A DNA stretch of 64,000 nucleotides, from positions 16,436 through 80,435 of the IMG/VR virus record IMGVR_UViG_3300042434_002493; one strand, 5' to 3'. A program made the translations under genes and the position numbers. Position 1 is the stretch's first letter. The number at the start of each line of letters is the position of its first letter. The notes under the pieces were generated by a model, which saw nothing but the letters and a program-made list of their open reading frames with translations, did no database searches and had not been told where the DNA came from. The stretch is from a virus. Of this stretch, positions 19,208-28,672 are shown piece by piece.

Positions 19208-20239
19208 ATGCGCGCGACCCCACACCAGAGCCACGTTGAATACAGCCATGCCCACGCCGACGTGGACATCGAGCTGCTCACGCGCCGCGTGGCCGTGTTC
19301 GACGGGTTCGAGGCGTTCAAGGCCGCGACCGGCGAGTTGCCGATGCACCGGCCGGACCTGAAGCGGGAGCGCCGCGATGGCGCCGACGTCTGGACGCGCA
19401 ACGGCATCATCGTGCCGCACCCGGACAAGGTCCGCTGGTTGTGGGCGCGTTTCAGCGACCCGTCGCCGGACCTCGAAGGCGAGAGTGTGTCCGCCGCGCC
19501 GTTCCGCCAGTTCGCCGACGACAGCGTCCGCAAGTGGGGCGGGTGGATCGACATGAACCACTGGTCTCGCCCTCAGCGGTTCCCCGAGCAGATGGCCAAG
19601 GCCGGCCGGTCCCCCGAAGAGTACGTCATCGGCAAGCTCACGGAGATCCGTGTGAGCGGCGACGACACAAGCTACGCCGAGGGCTACCTCTGGCCCGAGG
19701 GCGTCAACGAGCACGCCGACACCGCCGCCGGTTGGCTCCGGTACGCCCCCGACATGGTCCACTGTTCCGCCGGTGGGCCCATCGTGAAGGGGCACCCGCA
19801 GATCGTCGGTGGCCGCAAGGTCGTGCCCGTTCAGATTTTCCTGAACCACCTGGCCATCGCGCTCCAGGGTGTTCACAACGAGACCGCCGTCAAGACCACG
19901 CCCTTCGGGGAGTTCTACAAGGCACTGGCCGATGGGATCTCCGAGACCGAATGCGCGGGTGACAGCAGTTTCGCCAAGCACGTCCGCGGCATGCCCGAGG
20001 GCACCAAGGCCATGACGGCCGCCGCCGTGGCGCCCGCCGTGCCCGAGGATCTGGAGGGCGCCAAGACCACGAAGCCGGCAGGCCCGCGAGACGTGACCGA
20101 CGTGACCGACTGCGACCACTGGATCGCCGGCACCCGGAAGTTCCATTCCACCGCCGCCGCGCACGAACACCTGACGCGATGTTGCGGCTGGCCAGCGACG
20201 CGCGCGCGCGATTACCTCGCCGCCGCCACCCGATCCTGA
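19208..20239 (+). CDS. Prohead (capsid maturation) protease, HK97/Herelleviridae-like fold
   Basis: DLEGESV, WIDMNH (putative catalytic His), YVIG, YAEGYLW, CSAGG (putative catalytic Ser). Located two genes upstream of the capsid gene. Confidence 0.75.
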   Translation: MRATPHQSHVEYSHAHADVDIELLTRRVAVFDGFEAFKAATGELPMHRPDLKRERRDGADVWTRNGIIVPHPDKVRWLWARFSDPSPDLEGESVSAAPFRQFADDSVRKWGGWIDMNHWSRPQRFPEQMAKAGRSPEEYVIGKLTEIRVSGDDTSYAEGYLWPEGVNEHADTAAGWLRYAPDMVHCSAGGPIVKGHPQIVGGRKVVPVQIFLNHLAIALQGVHNETAVKTTPFGEFYKALADGISETECAGDSSFAKHVRGMPEGTKAMTAAAVAPAVPEDLEGAKTTKPAGPRDVTDVTDCDHWIAGTRKFHSTAAAHEHLTRCCGWPATRARDYLAAATRS

Positions 20240-20253
20240 AGGAGACGACCCCT

Positions 20254-21063
20254 ATGTCCAACACCGTCGAGTCCATCCAGCGCAACCTCGCCGTACTGCG
20301 TGACGCGCTGCCCGAGGGGGCCAAGGCGATGCCGCCTGGCATGCCTCCGATGGGCGCCCCCCCCGGCGGCGCCCCGCCTGGCGGCGCTCCCGGGCCGAGC
20401 CCCATGCCCGCGCTCCCCGGCTCCCCCCCGCCCGGCATGGGGATCTCGCCCCCGCCCCCCACCCCCGAAGGGGACGAGGAGGAGAATCCCGAAGGGGACG
20501 AGGAAGAGAATCCCGAGGACGAGGAGGGCACCAAGGCTTTCTACGAGGGGTGCAAGAGCGCCGAGTGCGGTCGATGCTTGCCGTGCATCAACGCCGAGGC
20601 CGAGAACGAGGGCGCCAAGTCCTACCAGGACGGCCAGGCCGCCGCCCAGGTCGGCAGCACCGTGCTCGCGCGCCTCATCGAGGGCGCCGTTCACGCGGCC
20701 GTGGGGTCGCGCCTGCGTCGCATCGAGCGGCAGCTCGAAGCCGTCGCGCAGGGCGTGGACGGCAACCTGACGCTGGGGCTCAAGAGCGCCGAGAGCCTGG
20801 GCGCTCTGCGCCGGGCCCCCGGCGTGCTCCCCCGCGGCCCCGGCGTCGCGGTCGCCAACGCCCGTGGCGGGAATCCCGCGCCGGGCGTTCACCTGCCGCC
20901 TCCGGTCGAGGAGGGTGGTAAGTGCCCCTACAACGAGCAGCAGCTTCTCATCGCCGTGCAGAAGGGCGTCCTGACGGGCGCCGAGGCGCAGCTCTGGATG
21001 AACCGTGACCAGCCCCCTGCCCGTCTGCGCAACCCCGTCGAAGCCGTGAAGTCCGTCCTCTGA
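20254..21063 (+). CDS. Putative capsid scaffolding protein (269 aa)
   Basis: AAGGAG RBS. Lies between protease and capsid genes. Has Pro-rich and acidic tracts, a coiled coil and several E-[GA]-x-K-[AS] sites. Confidence 0.65.
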   Translation: MSNTVESIQRNLAVLRDALPEGAKAMPPGMPPMGAPPGGAPPGGAPGPSPMPALPGSPPPGMGISPPPPTPEGDEEENPEGDEEENPEDEEGTKAFYEGCKSAECGRCLPCINAEAENEGAKSYQDGQAAAQVGSTVLARLIEGAVHAAVGSRLRRIERQLEAVAQGVDGNLTLGLKSAESLGALRRAPGVLPRGPGVAVANARGGNPAPGVHLPPPVEEGGKCPYNEQQLLIAVQKGVLTGAEAQLWMNRDQPPARLRNPVEAVKSVL

Positions 21064-21101
21064 GGCCACAGGCCCAATTTCAGAAAGAAGGAGAGAACAG
21101 C

Positions 21102-22589
21102 ATGAACACCCCCGCTGGCCTGTACCTGCCGCTCACCCCCGACCTCATGCACCTGGTCGGAGGCGAGCAGGGCCTCAAGGCGATGACCGCCGAAGTCGGC
21201 AGCCGCGCCATCAACGTCATGGGCGCCGTCCCCGAGAACCTGGAGATGCAGGCGCACGTCGCCCTCTGGGATCGCGACGACCTCCGCCTCCTCCGCGAAC
21301 TGCCGAGCGTGGACGCCGAGAGCATCTCGCACGAGTTCGGCGTCGTGGACTCCTACGGCAACGTGCAGGGCACCTCCCTGTTCGCGCCCGAGGGCGGTCT
21401 CGGCATGCAGACCGGCTACAGCCTGGCCAAGCTCATGACGCGGATCGTCACGCTCCAGCTCGTGAACAAGGTGACGGGCACCGCCCGCGCGCAGAAGACC
21501 ATGTCGGTCCTGGGGAGCACGGATGCGCTCGTGAGCAACCGCGAGGCGATCATGAGGAACTTCCTCATGGTCAAGTCCATCGCGACGATCCACGCGCGAG
21601 CCGGCGCCTCGACCTCGACCCTGCGATTCTCCGGTCTCCTGGAGCAGTTCCAGGTGCGCAACCAGTCCGCGGACTTCGCGCACCGGCTCTACTCCTGCGA
21701 CCCGACCCTCGTCATCGACAAGCGCGGCACCTGGATGAACCGATCCGACGTCAAGAGCGCCGGCACCCAGATGTACAAGAACGGGTGGGGCAAGCTGAAC
21801 CGGATCTTCATGACGCCGGAGACGAGCGAGAACTTCCAGGGCGAGGTGGAGACGAACTTCCCCATCGAGCGCGCGGACATCAAGGACATCGGCGACAACG
21901 GTCTCATCATCGGTGCGACCATCGCCGGCATCCGTCACCAGGGCGGCGTCGCCCTGTTCATGACGGACAACAGCTTGGACCCGGGCCTCACCCACGGCGA
22001 GTTCAAGGGCGATCCCCCGCCCAACAGCCCGGTGCGCCCCGACGCCCCCACCATCGTGACCGCGAACAACGTCGCCAACTCGAAGTGGGAAGCCATCGAC
22101 GTCCCCGCTGACGCGGGCGTGATCAAGTACAAGGTGTGCTTCGAGAACGACTTCGGGCCCAGCCAGCCCAGCGTCGCGTCGGCCGGGACCAACCCGGTCG
22201 CCGGGTGCCGCCAGCGCCTCACGATCAACACCCGCGCCGACGCCAAGAGCGTGAAGATCCTGCGCAACAGCGCGCAGCGTCCGACCGAGTTCTACGTCAT
22301 CGGCGAGATCCCCAACAGCGGCGCCGTGCTCACGTTCGACGACCTGAACTGGAAGATCCCCGGTTCCGCCGTGGCCATCGGCCTGGAGATGATGTACGGC
22401 AAGAGCCAGACGAACCGGCTCAACGCCCGCGCCCGGGACAACGCGGTGCGCTTCGCGCAGCTCGAAGAGATGCACAGCGTCCCCCTCGCCAAGATCGGCG
22501 ACTTCGACTGGGAGATGATCATCGAGCGCACCGCGCCCGAGCTGGTCCAGAAGCTCCGCATGGTGGTCTGGGAGAACATCGGCCGCTAG
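21102..22589 (+). CDS. Major capsid protein, Twort/K/SPO1-like
   Basis: Strong RBS. N-terminal LK-A site followed by ENLE..LW..DL; LRFSGL; VIDKRG; GWG..FM; internal YKVCFEN insertion domain; VPLAKI; C-terminal WENIG. These match my recall of Herelleviridae capsid proteins. Confidence 0.85.
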   Translation: MNTPAGLYLPLTPDLMHLVGGEQGLKAMTAEVGSRAINVMGAVPENLEMQAHVALWDRDDLRLLRELPSVDAESISHEFGVVDSYGNVQGTSLFAPEGGLGMQTGYSLAKLMTRIVTLQLVNKVTGTARAQKTMSVLGSTDALVSNREAIMRNFLMVKSIATIHARAGASTSTLRFSGLLEQFQVRNQSADFAHRLYSCDPTLVIDKRGTWMNRSDVKSAGTQMYKNGWGKLNRIFMTPETSENFQGEVETNFPIERADIKDIGDNGLIIGATIAGIRHQGGVALFMTDNSLDPGLTHGEFKGDPPPNSPVRPDAPTIVTANNVANSKWEAIDVPADAGVIKYKVCFENDFGPSQPSVASAGTNPVAGCRQRLTINTRADAKSVKILRNSAQRPTEFYVIGEIPNSGAVLTFDDLNWKIPGSAVAIGLEMMYGKSQTNRLNARARDNAVRFAQLEEMHSVPLAKIGDFDWEMIIERTAPELVQKLRMVVWENIGR

Positions 22590-22644
22590 TCTGCGGCCCT
22601 GCACCCTGACCTGAATCGTCGCCGACACCCCGAGGAAGCCGACC

Positions 22645-23427
22645 ATGAAGCACTGTATCATCCGAGCCCTGCGACCCTTCGAGGGCTCCATCATCTTTGC
22701 CCACGTCGAGACGCGATGCCGGGCCGATGGCCTGGTGGAGGCCGTCATGACGGGGCAAACCGAACTGCCCATCGAGTGCGCCACGTTCGCGCAGGCGTAC
22801 TCGCAATTCGAGGTCCAGGTGGTCGATGGCGCCGCCCCGCCTCTGGTCCCCCAGGGGCTCCGCATCGCCCAGCCCTGGCACGGCATGGTGCCCACGGTGC
22901 CCACCCTGGACGAACTGGTGACGAGCGGCGTCGCCGAGGCCGACGCCGAGGCCATCCGCGACCACGAGGCTCGTTGCGCCGAGGCCGGTCTCTGGCCCTA
23001 CGGTGTCAACCCGCCCCCCGCAATCTGGACGGAGCACCTGGCGCAGCGCGACCCGCCCGTCGAGGCGCCCGGCGAGGTGTTCACCCCGGAGCCTGGCGAG
23101 ATTGCCGATCCCGTGGCCTACGAGGCCGCCTTGGCGGCCGGCGCCATCGGGGAGATCCCGGCCGGCGACCTGCCCGCCGCGGCACCCGCCGCCGAGGACG
23201 GCCCCAAGCTCGACCTGCCCGCCGCGGCACCCGCACCCGCCGCGGAACCCGCCGCAGGGGTGTCTCACTTCGAGGCGCGGCGCGCCGAACTGATGCGCCT
23301 CGCCGAGCTTCCCGACCGTGGAGGTGCGCTGCGGGAGATCGTCCGCAACCACAACATGACCGGGGTCGGCAACGCCAAGACCGAAATGATTGAGGCGATC
23401 CTCGCGCAAGAGTTCCCGAACGGGTGA
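22645..23427 (+). CDS. Head-associated hypothetical protein with a C-terminal Rho-N/HeH-like helical module
   Basis: Follows the capsid gene; Ala/Pro-rich linker; ends in LREIVRNHNMTG..KTEMIEAIL. Confidence 0.65.
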   Translation: MKHCIIRALRPFEGSIIFAHVETRCRADGLVEAVMTGQTELPIECATFAQAYSQFEVQVVDGAAPPLVPQGLRIAQPWHGMVPTVPTLDELVTSGVAEADAEAIRDHEARCAEAGLWPYGVNPPPAIWTEHLAQRDPPVEAPGEVFTPEPGEIADPVAYEAALAAGAIGEIPAGDLPAAAPAAEDGPKLDLPAAAPAPAAEPAAGVSHFEARRAELMRLAELPDRGGALREIVRNHNMTGVGNAKTEMIEAILAQEFPNG

Positions 23428-23435
23428 GGTGAGAC

Positions 23436-23930
23436 GTGTCGAACAATCGCGACCCGCATGAACTGCTCCAGCGGGGATTCCAGGTCCCCGGCGCCGATGC
23501 GCTGGCCGTCCGCCAGACGGGCGGCGCGGTGCGTCACGCGCTCCAGAGCGCCAGCCACCAGCGGGCCGTCGTGGTCGCCGCCGGTGGCAACCTGGGGGAC
23601 GACGAGCCCGCAGCCCCGACGTCGATTGCCGACCACACCACCACCACGCGCAGCATGGTCAGCGGTGTCACCGAGCACTTCGACGCGGCGCGCCTGTTTC
23701 TGCGCGCACCGGACGGCGGCGCCGCCTTCGAGGCCGACATCGAGGTCTACCGCGTGACCGACCTGGGGGACATCGTGCGAGCCGGCACGCTGACCGGCGT
23801 GCCGGCTCTGACCGAGGTGCGCGATGCCGGAATCGGGCATCGCCGGAGCCTCTACCGCCTCACGAACATCACCCTCGACGGCGCCTCCGGGATCACGCTC
23901 TGCGTGGCCGGCGAGGGCGCCCCGCTCTAA
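23436..23930 (+). CDS. Hypothetical virion protein
   Basis: GAGG RBS with GTG start; in the structural operon. Confidence 0.65.
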   Translation: MSNNRDPHELLQRGFQVPGADALAVRQTGGAVRHALQSASHQRAVVVAAGGNLGDDEPAAPTSIADHTTTTRSMVSGVTEHFDAARLFLRAPDGGAAFEADIEVYRVTDLGDIVRAGTLTGVPALTEVRDAGIGHRRSLYRLTNITLDGASGITLCVAGEGAPL

Positions 23931-23939
23931 CTGGGGAAG

Positions 23940-24224
23940 ATGCGCCGTCGCAACCCGCCACCGCCGGCAGCCGCCTCGACCGCCGACGACTGGCAGCGCA
24001 TCTCTCTCACCGTCGAGTCGGACGATCAGCGAGCGTTCACCCTGGATGCCGCCGCGGCCCTGGACGAGGATGGCGACCCGAAGGCACGCATCGAATACAG
24101 CGGGGGCACCTACAACGCTCCCGACGATTTCACGACCGCGGGCACCACGCTGACGTGGGCCGGAACGATTCCCCTGGTTGTGGGGGAGTCGTTGACCCTC
24201 TGGATTGTGCCGCAGCGCACATAA
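23940..24224 (+). CDS. Small beta-rich hypothetical virion protein
   Basis: GGGGAAG RBS; DDFTTAGTTLTW-type beta strands. Confidence 0.65.
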   Translation: MRRRNPPPPAAASTADDWQRISLTVESDDQRAFTLDAAAALDEDGDPKARIEYSGGTYNAPDDFTTAGTTLTWAGTIPLVVGESLTLWIVPQRT

Positions 24225-24243
24225 CAAGCACAGGAGAAGGAAC

Positions 24244-26034
24244 ATGGGGAAGATCAAGGCCAAGCAGCTCGCGCTCGTCGCGGCATTCGTTTCCGGCACG
24301 GGCGGGGCGCTCGACCTCGCGGACGAAGGCATCGCCGCATCGAAGCTGGCGGGCAACATCGGAGCCGACAAGCTCAGTCAGGCGTTGCTCAACCAGATCG
24401 TCACCGGCCAGCGCCAGCGCGAGAGCGTGCTGGTGGAGCAGCAACTCCTCGGCAGCAGCGGGGCGGGCGTCGCTCCCGCGACGGTGATCAAGATCGCGAC
24501 GAACCCCAACCAGAACGAGAACATCTACATCAAAAACTCGGAGCAGACCGAGAATTTCGTATTCAAGAACGCCGAGGCCGCGGCGTTCGACGTGCTCATC
24601 GGCGCCAACGCGGATGAGACCGCGGCGAACCTCGCCGCCGCGATCAACGCGGACTCCGCCGGCTGGTCGGCCGTGGTGAAGACGAACCTGGACGCCATCG
24701 CCGGGACCGTCGTCATCATCTACCGCAAGACCACCACGGCCGGCCTCGCCGACCGCGTCTACAAGCTCACCGGCGGTGGCCTCCGCACCGTCAACTTCGC
24801 GGGCGGCCGGTACGACGCGACGGTCAGCTCCGAGGGCGTGATGACCGCCATCGACGCGGACAACCTCACCACCCTGAGCCCGTCGGACCCGGCGACGGCG
24901 ACCTTCGGTTTCGGGCGCGTCGCGGCCGATCTCATCGACGGCGATCTGCGCTTCGTGATGGCCGGCGGCGCTTCGTATGTCTACGACGCGGACGCGGCAC
25001 AGTGGGACAACGCCGGGGCGGCCATCATCGGCGAGGGCGCGGTCGGGGTGGACGAGATCAGCAGCGCCATCGCGGGCGCCGGTCTGCTGGGCGGCTCCGG
25101 CTCCGCCCTGTCGGTCAACGTGGACGACACGGGCATCGAGATCAGCTCGGATGCCCTTCGCCTGAAGGACGGCGGCGTCTCGGCCGGCAAGCTGGGCACC
25201 AACGCCGTGACGACCGCGAAGATCGCCGACGCGAACGTGACGACGGCGAAGCTCGCCGACGACGGCGTGACCACGGCGAAGATCCTCGACGCGAACGTGA
25301 CGACGGCGAAGCTCGCCGACGCGAACGTCACCACGGCGAAGATCGCCGACGCGAACGTGACGACGGCGAAGCTCGCCGACGACGGCGTGACCACGGCGAA
25401 GATCCTCGACGCCAACGTGACGACGGCGAAGCTCGCCGACGCGAACGTGACGACGGCGAAGATCGCCGACGCGAACGTGACCGCCGCGAAGCTCGCCAGC
25501 GACGCCGTGACCACGGCGAAGATCCTCGACGCCAACGTGACGACGGCGAAGCTCGCCGACGCAAACGTGACGACGGCCAAGCTCGCCGCGACGTGCGTCA
25601 CCGCGGCCAAGCTCGGCAGCGACGTTGCCGGCAACGGCCTCACCGGGGGCAACGGCGCGGCCCTCGCCGTGCTCGCCGCCAACACGTCGGTCAACGTCGC
25701 CACTGGCGGCGTCAAGGCCGCCGTGCCCGTCCTGGACGACAAGGCGCGCGCCCCGAGCGGCGCGGTCACGACGGACGAGGCCACCACCGGGCTCACCATC
25801 ACGAAGACCCCGGCCGCCGGCAGCTACATCCGCGTGTCGCTCAACGGCGTCGGTGTGGAGCTGGGCGGCGACAAGACGAAGGACTGTTACTTCAGCGACG
25901 ACGGAGGCACCACCGCGCGTGCCCTCGCCAGTGTGGTCGCGGGTGACACGCTCTACTGGAATGCCGTGATCAGCGGTGTCAATCTCTCGACCGACGATGA
26001 GATCGACTTCGACTACCTCAACACCACCGCCTGA
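24244..26034 (+). CDS. Head fibre/decoration protein with decapeptide (ADANVTTAK[IL]) repeats (596 aa)
   Basis: GGAGAAGG RBS before ATG 24244; Ala/Gly/Thr-rich; 14 tandem 10-aa units. Confidence 0.75.
   Translation: MGKIKAKQLALVAAFVSGTGGALDLADEGIAASKLAGNIGADKLSQALLNQIVTGQRQRESVLVEQQLLGSSGAGVAPATVIKIATNPNQNENIYIKNSEQTENFVFKNAEAAAFDVLIGANADETAANLAAAINADSAGWSAVVKTNLDAIAGTVVIIYRKTTTAGLADRVYKLTGGGLRTVNFAGGRYDATVSSEGVMTAIDADNLTTLSPSDPATATFGFGRVAADLIDGDLRFVMAGGASYVYDADAAQWDNAGAAIIGEGAVGVDEISSAIAGAGLLGGSGSALSVNVDDTGIEISSDALRLKDGGVSAGKLGTNAVTTAKIADANVTTAKLADDGVTTAKILDANVTTAKLADANVTTAKIADANVTTAKLADDGVTTAKILDANVTTAKLADANVTTAKIADANVTAAKLASDAVTTAKILDANVTTAKLADANVTTAKLAATCVTAAKLGSDVAGNGLTGGNGAALAVLAANTSVNVATGGVKAAVPVLDDKARAPSGAVTTDEATTGLTITKTPAAGSYIRVSLNGVGVELGGDKTKDCYFSDDGGTTARALASVVAGDTLYWNAVISGVNLSTDDEIDFDYLNTTA
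25189..25608 (+). repeat. Coding tandem repeat: 14 x 30 bp with a 120-bp higher-order period
   Basis: Unit K[IL]xxxxVT[TA]A. The block KIADANVTTA-KLADDGVTTA-KILDANVTTA-KLADANVTTA occurs twice exactly and once degenerate. Confidence 0.95.
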
Positions 26035-26067
26035 GCCCGCCCGTGAGGCGCGGCAGGAGGAAGCACC

Positions 26068-26874
26068 TTGCCGCGCCTCGCCCGCCTCGCCCGCGATCCA
26101 TTCAATCTCCCAGGCCGCATCGTGAACGACGCGCAAACGTCGTGCAAACCGGCCTCGCGAGTTCTCGTGTCCGACCCAGCGTTGGTCGCCGCGTTCGGCG
26201 TGGCCGGCCGGTGGGACGAGTCGGCCCGCCGCGTCGAGTACGGCGCGGACCCCTCCGAGCCGGGCGCCATGCTCGACATGGAGACGGCCCTGCGCATCCT
26301 GATCAACGAGCTACGCAGGCTCGAACGCGACCGGGCCACCACGGCCCTGTTGCTGCGAGCCATCCTGAACGGGGCCATCGCCGAGGGCCTGCGGTTGCAG
26401 GCGGTCAAGGGCTCGCGCCAACTTCACATGAGCGGGGGCACCGCGATCCTCTTCGAGCGCGACCCCGTGACCGGCGGCTACGACATCAACCGCTACATGA
26501 TTCCGGTGCTGAACCCGCTCAAGTTCTACACGGCCTCCGGTTCCGCCCTCATCGACCCGAGCCTGTTCCACACGCTCCCGAGCGTGTGCGCTGGCGAAGG
26601 CCCAGGCGAGATTGTGGCATGGCCCGCCAAGACGTACCGCGTGGACACGCTCGCGCTGATACCCAAGGGCGAAGACCCGGTGCCCGAGTGGTATCTCTTC
26701 CTGGGTCGGCCGACCCAGGCGCGCACCGTGGACGAGATCCCGAGCGTGCCCACGCCCGCCATCCCGGCAGAGCACGCGGGCGAGTGCCTGCCCCTCTACC
26801 GCATCGTGACGCGCCAAGGGGACAAGGGGATCTGGGGGGTCGAGCAGATCGCCAACCGCGTCAACGGGGTGTAG
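26068..26874 (+). CDS. Hypothetical virion protein
   Basis: AGGAGG RBS with TTG start; in operon context. Confidence 0.65.
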   Translation: MPRLARLARDPFNLPGRIVNDAQTSCKPASRVLVSDPALVAAFGVAGRWDESARRVEYGADPSEPGAMLDMETALRILINELRRLERDRATTALLLRAILNGAIAEGLRLQAVKGSRQLHMSGGTAILFERDPVTGGYDINRYMIPVLNPLKFYTASGSALIDPSLFHTLPSVCAGEGPGEIVAWPAKTYRVDTLALIPKGEDPVPEWYLFLGRPTQARTVDEIPSVPTPAIPAEHAGECLPLYRIVTRQGDKGIWGVEQIANRVNGV

Positions 26875-26883
26875 GGTAAGGAC

Positions 26884-28383
26884 ATGCCGAAGGTCGGGAC
26901 CGCCATCACCGTCAGCTTCGCCCTTTTCGAGGCCGACGCCTTCACGCGCCTGACGGGCCGCGCCGCCGCCGTGGACGTCGAGTTGTGGCGCGCCGACGAC
27001 GACGGCGGGCGGGTGACGATCTACCGGCGGGACGCCGGTGTCGTGGAGGTTGACGACCTCATCGTCACCGTCACCGAGACCGCGACGGCCGGCGAGTACG
27101 ACGCCGTCTTCACCCCGGCGACCGCCGGGCGATACTTCCTGGTGGTCCGCGACGGGCAGAGCCAGACGGACCTCGACGAGTCGCCCATCGACGTCACCGC
27201 GTTGAGCATCGACGACATCGGGGCGCCGGGCTACCTGGTCGCACTGGACGGGGCCGCCTACGGCATCGGCGCCCCCCTGGTGCTCACCTGGCAGTTCCGC
27301 TCGAACCGCGCGCCGTACAACGTCGTCGGAGCCCCGGCGATCACCCGCGCCGAGCTGATCGCGCGCGACGCCGTGACTGTGCTCCAGACGATCCAGGGAG
27401 CCGCGTTCGAGGCGCCAAGCCCGACCCTGCGCCGGGCGACGTTCGCCCAGGTCGCCCAGATCGGCACCTACTTTGTCCGCCTGATCTTCGCGGGCAACCC
27501 CGGCGAGGTCATCGACCGAGTTCCGGTGGACAACCTCGACGCCGAGCCCGTGGCCGGCGTCATGAGCCTGGCGACGTTCTTCGAGCAGTTCTGCGGGGCG
27601 TTCCCTGGAGAGCCGCCCGGACGCGACCTCTTGCGTGGGGACAACGGCGAGCAACTCATCGGCGACGAGGGGGTCGCCGCCGCCATCCGCGGCGAGTCCG
27701 TCTACGTCGGCCGGCGCATGGGCGTCACGCTGGCCTCGACCCGCTACGCCACCCACCCAGGCGTCGCCAGCCCCGGAGGCGCTCCCCTGGTGCAGGGCAG
27801 CGACTACGACGTCGAGGAGGACCCCTACGACTGGAGCGTCCACAACAGCCTGCGACTGGGCATCTTGACCCTCCGCCACGGCCCGCTCATCCGCATCAAC
27901 CGCATCCGCCTGTTCCACGGGCATACGCCCCTGTTCCAGCTCCCGACGCGGTGGGGCGTCATCCGCCGCAAGGCCGCCGTGGTCGAGATCATCGTGGACC
28001 GGGGCGATCTGATCTCCTACGGCGAGAGCGTGCTCGCGCCCGCCGTGACCGGCATGATTCAGAGCGTGATCGCGTTCAACCGCATGCCCGCCGTCTGGTG
28101 CCTCGACTACGAGGCCGGCCTGGAGACGGTGCCCGACGACGTCGTCGCGGTCATCGGCATGCGCGCCCTGGCCCGCATCCTGACCATCATCGGGACGAAG
28201 GCGAACAAGATGGGCGTCTCGTCGCAGAGCACGGGCAAGGACGGACTCTCCCGATCCGTCAGCGTCACCGCCGACCGCTACCAGCGCATCATGCAGAGCC
28301 CGTACATGCAGGCGATGATTTCGGAGGACCAGCTCAACCGGCTCCGAAAGAGCCTCAAGCCCGGGATCAAGGTGTTCTCGTGA
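26884..28383 (+). CDS. Head-tail adaptor (neck) protein with N-terminal Ig-like extensions
   Basis: C-terminal half (PYDW..LRHGPLIRI..P..W.LDYEAGL..GVSSQSTGKDGLSRSV) resembles the Twort/K-like adaptor. N-terminal half is beta-sandwich-like. Confidence 0.7.
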   Translation: MPKVGTAITVSFALFEADAFTRLTGRAAAVDVELWRADDDGGRVTIYRRDAGVVEVDDLIVTVTETATAGEYDAVFTPATAGRYFLVVRDGQSQTDLDESPIDVTALSIDDIGAPGYLVALDGAAYGIGAPLVLTWQFRSNRAPYNVVGAPAITRAELIARDAVTVLQTIQGAAFEAPSPTLRRATFAQVAQIGTYFVRLIFAGNPGEVIDRVPVDNLDAEPVAGVMSLATFFEQFCGAFPGEPPGRDLLRGDNGEQLIGDEGVAAAIRGESVYVGRRMGVTLASTRYATHPGVASPGGAPLVQGSDYDVEEDPYDWSVHNSLRLGILTLRHGPLIRINRIRLFHGHTPLFQLPTRWGVIRRKAAVVEIIVDRGDLISYGESVLAPAVTGMIQSVIAFNRMPAVWCLDYEAGLETVPDDVVAVIGMRALARILTIIGTKANKMGVSSQSTGKDGLSRSVSVTADRYQRIMQSPYMQAMISEDQLNRLRKSLKPGIKVFS

Positions 28384-28670
28384 GCCGCCTCACCCGCGCC
28401 ATCGGCGCCGCCATCCTGCTTGGGGTCCAGGGCACCCCTCTGCGCCGCCCCGTGGAGACCCGCGCGTCCCTGGGCCCGCCCGTCGAGGGCCCGCCCACGG
28501 GCCGATGCACCTGCGGGGCGGAGATGCTCCCGGCCGAGACTGTCAACGAGCAGGACCCGCGGGCGTCTCTGGCCGCCTGTGGCGTCGTGCGGTGCCCGAA
28601 CTGCGGCATGGTGGGGACCGCGCCGGACATCCGCCCGGACGTCGTCGCCGCCCTGCGCCGGGGGATCTGA
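28380..28670 (+). CDS. Small zinc-ribbon protein
   Basis: GTGA overlap with the upstream stop; CTCG..RCPNCG. Confidence 0.55.
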   Translation: MSRLTRAIGAAILLGVQGTPLRRPVETRASLGPPVEGPPTGRCTCGAEMLPAETVNEQDPRASLAACGVVRCPNCGMVGTAPDIRPDVVAALRRGI

Positions 28671-28672
28671 CC

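Noticed and set aside
25189-25608. 30-bp periodic repeat as a CRISPR array
   Set aside because: No unique spacers, it is an in-frame coding repeat, and no cas genes are present.
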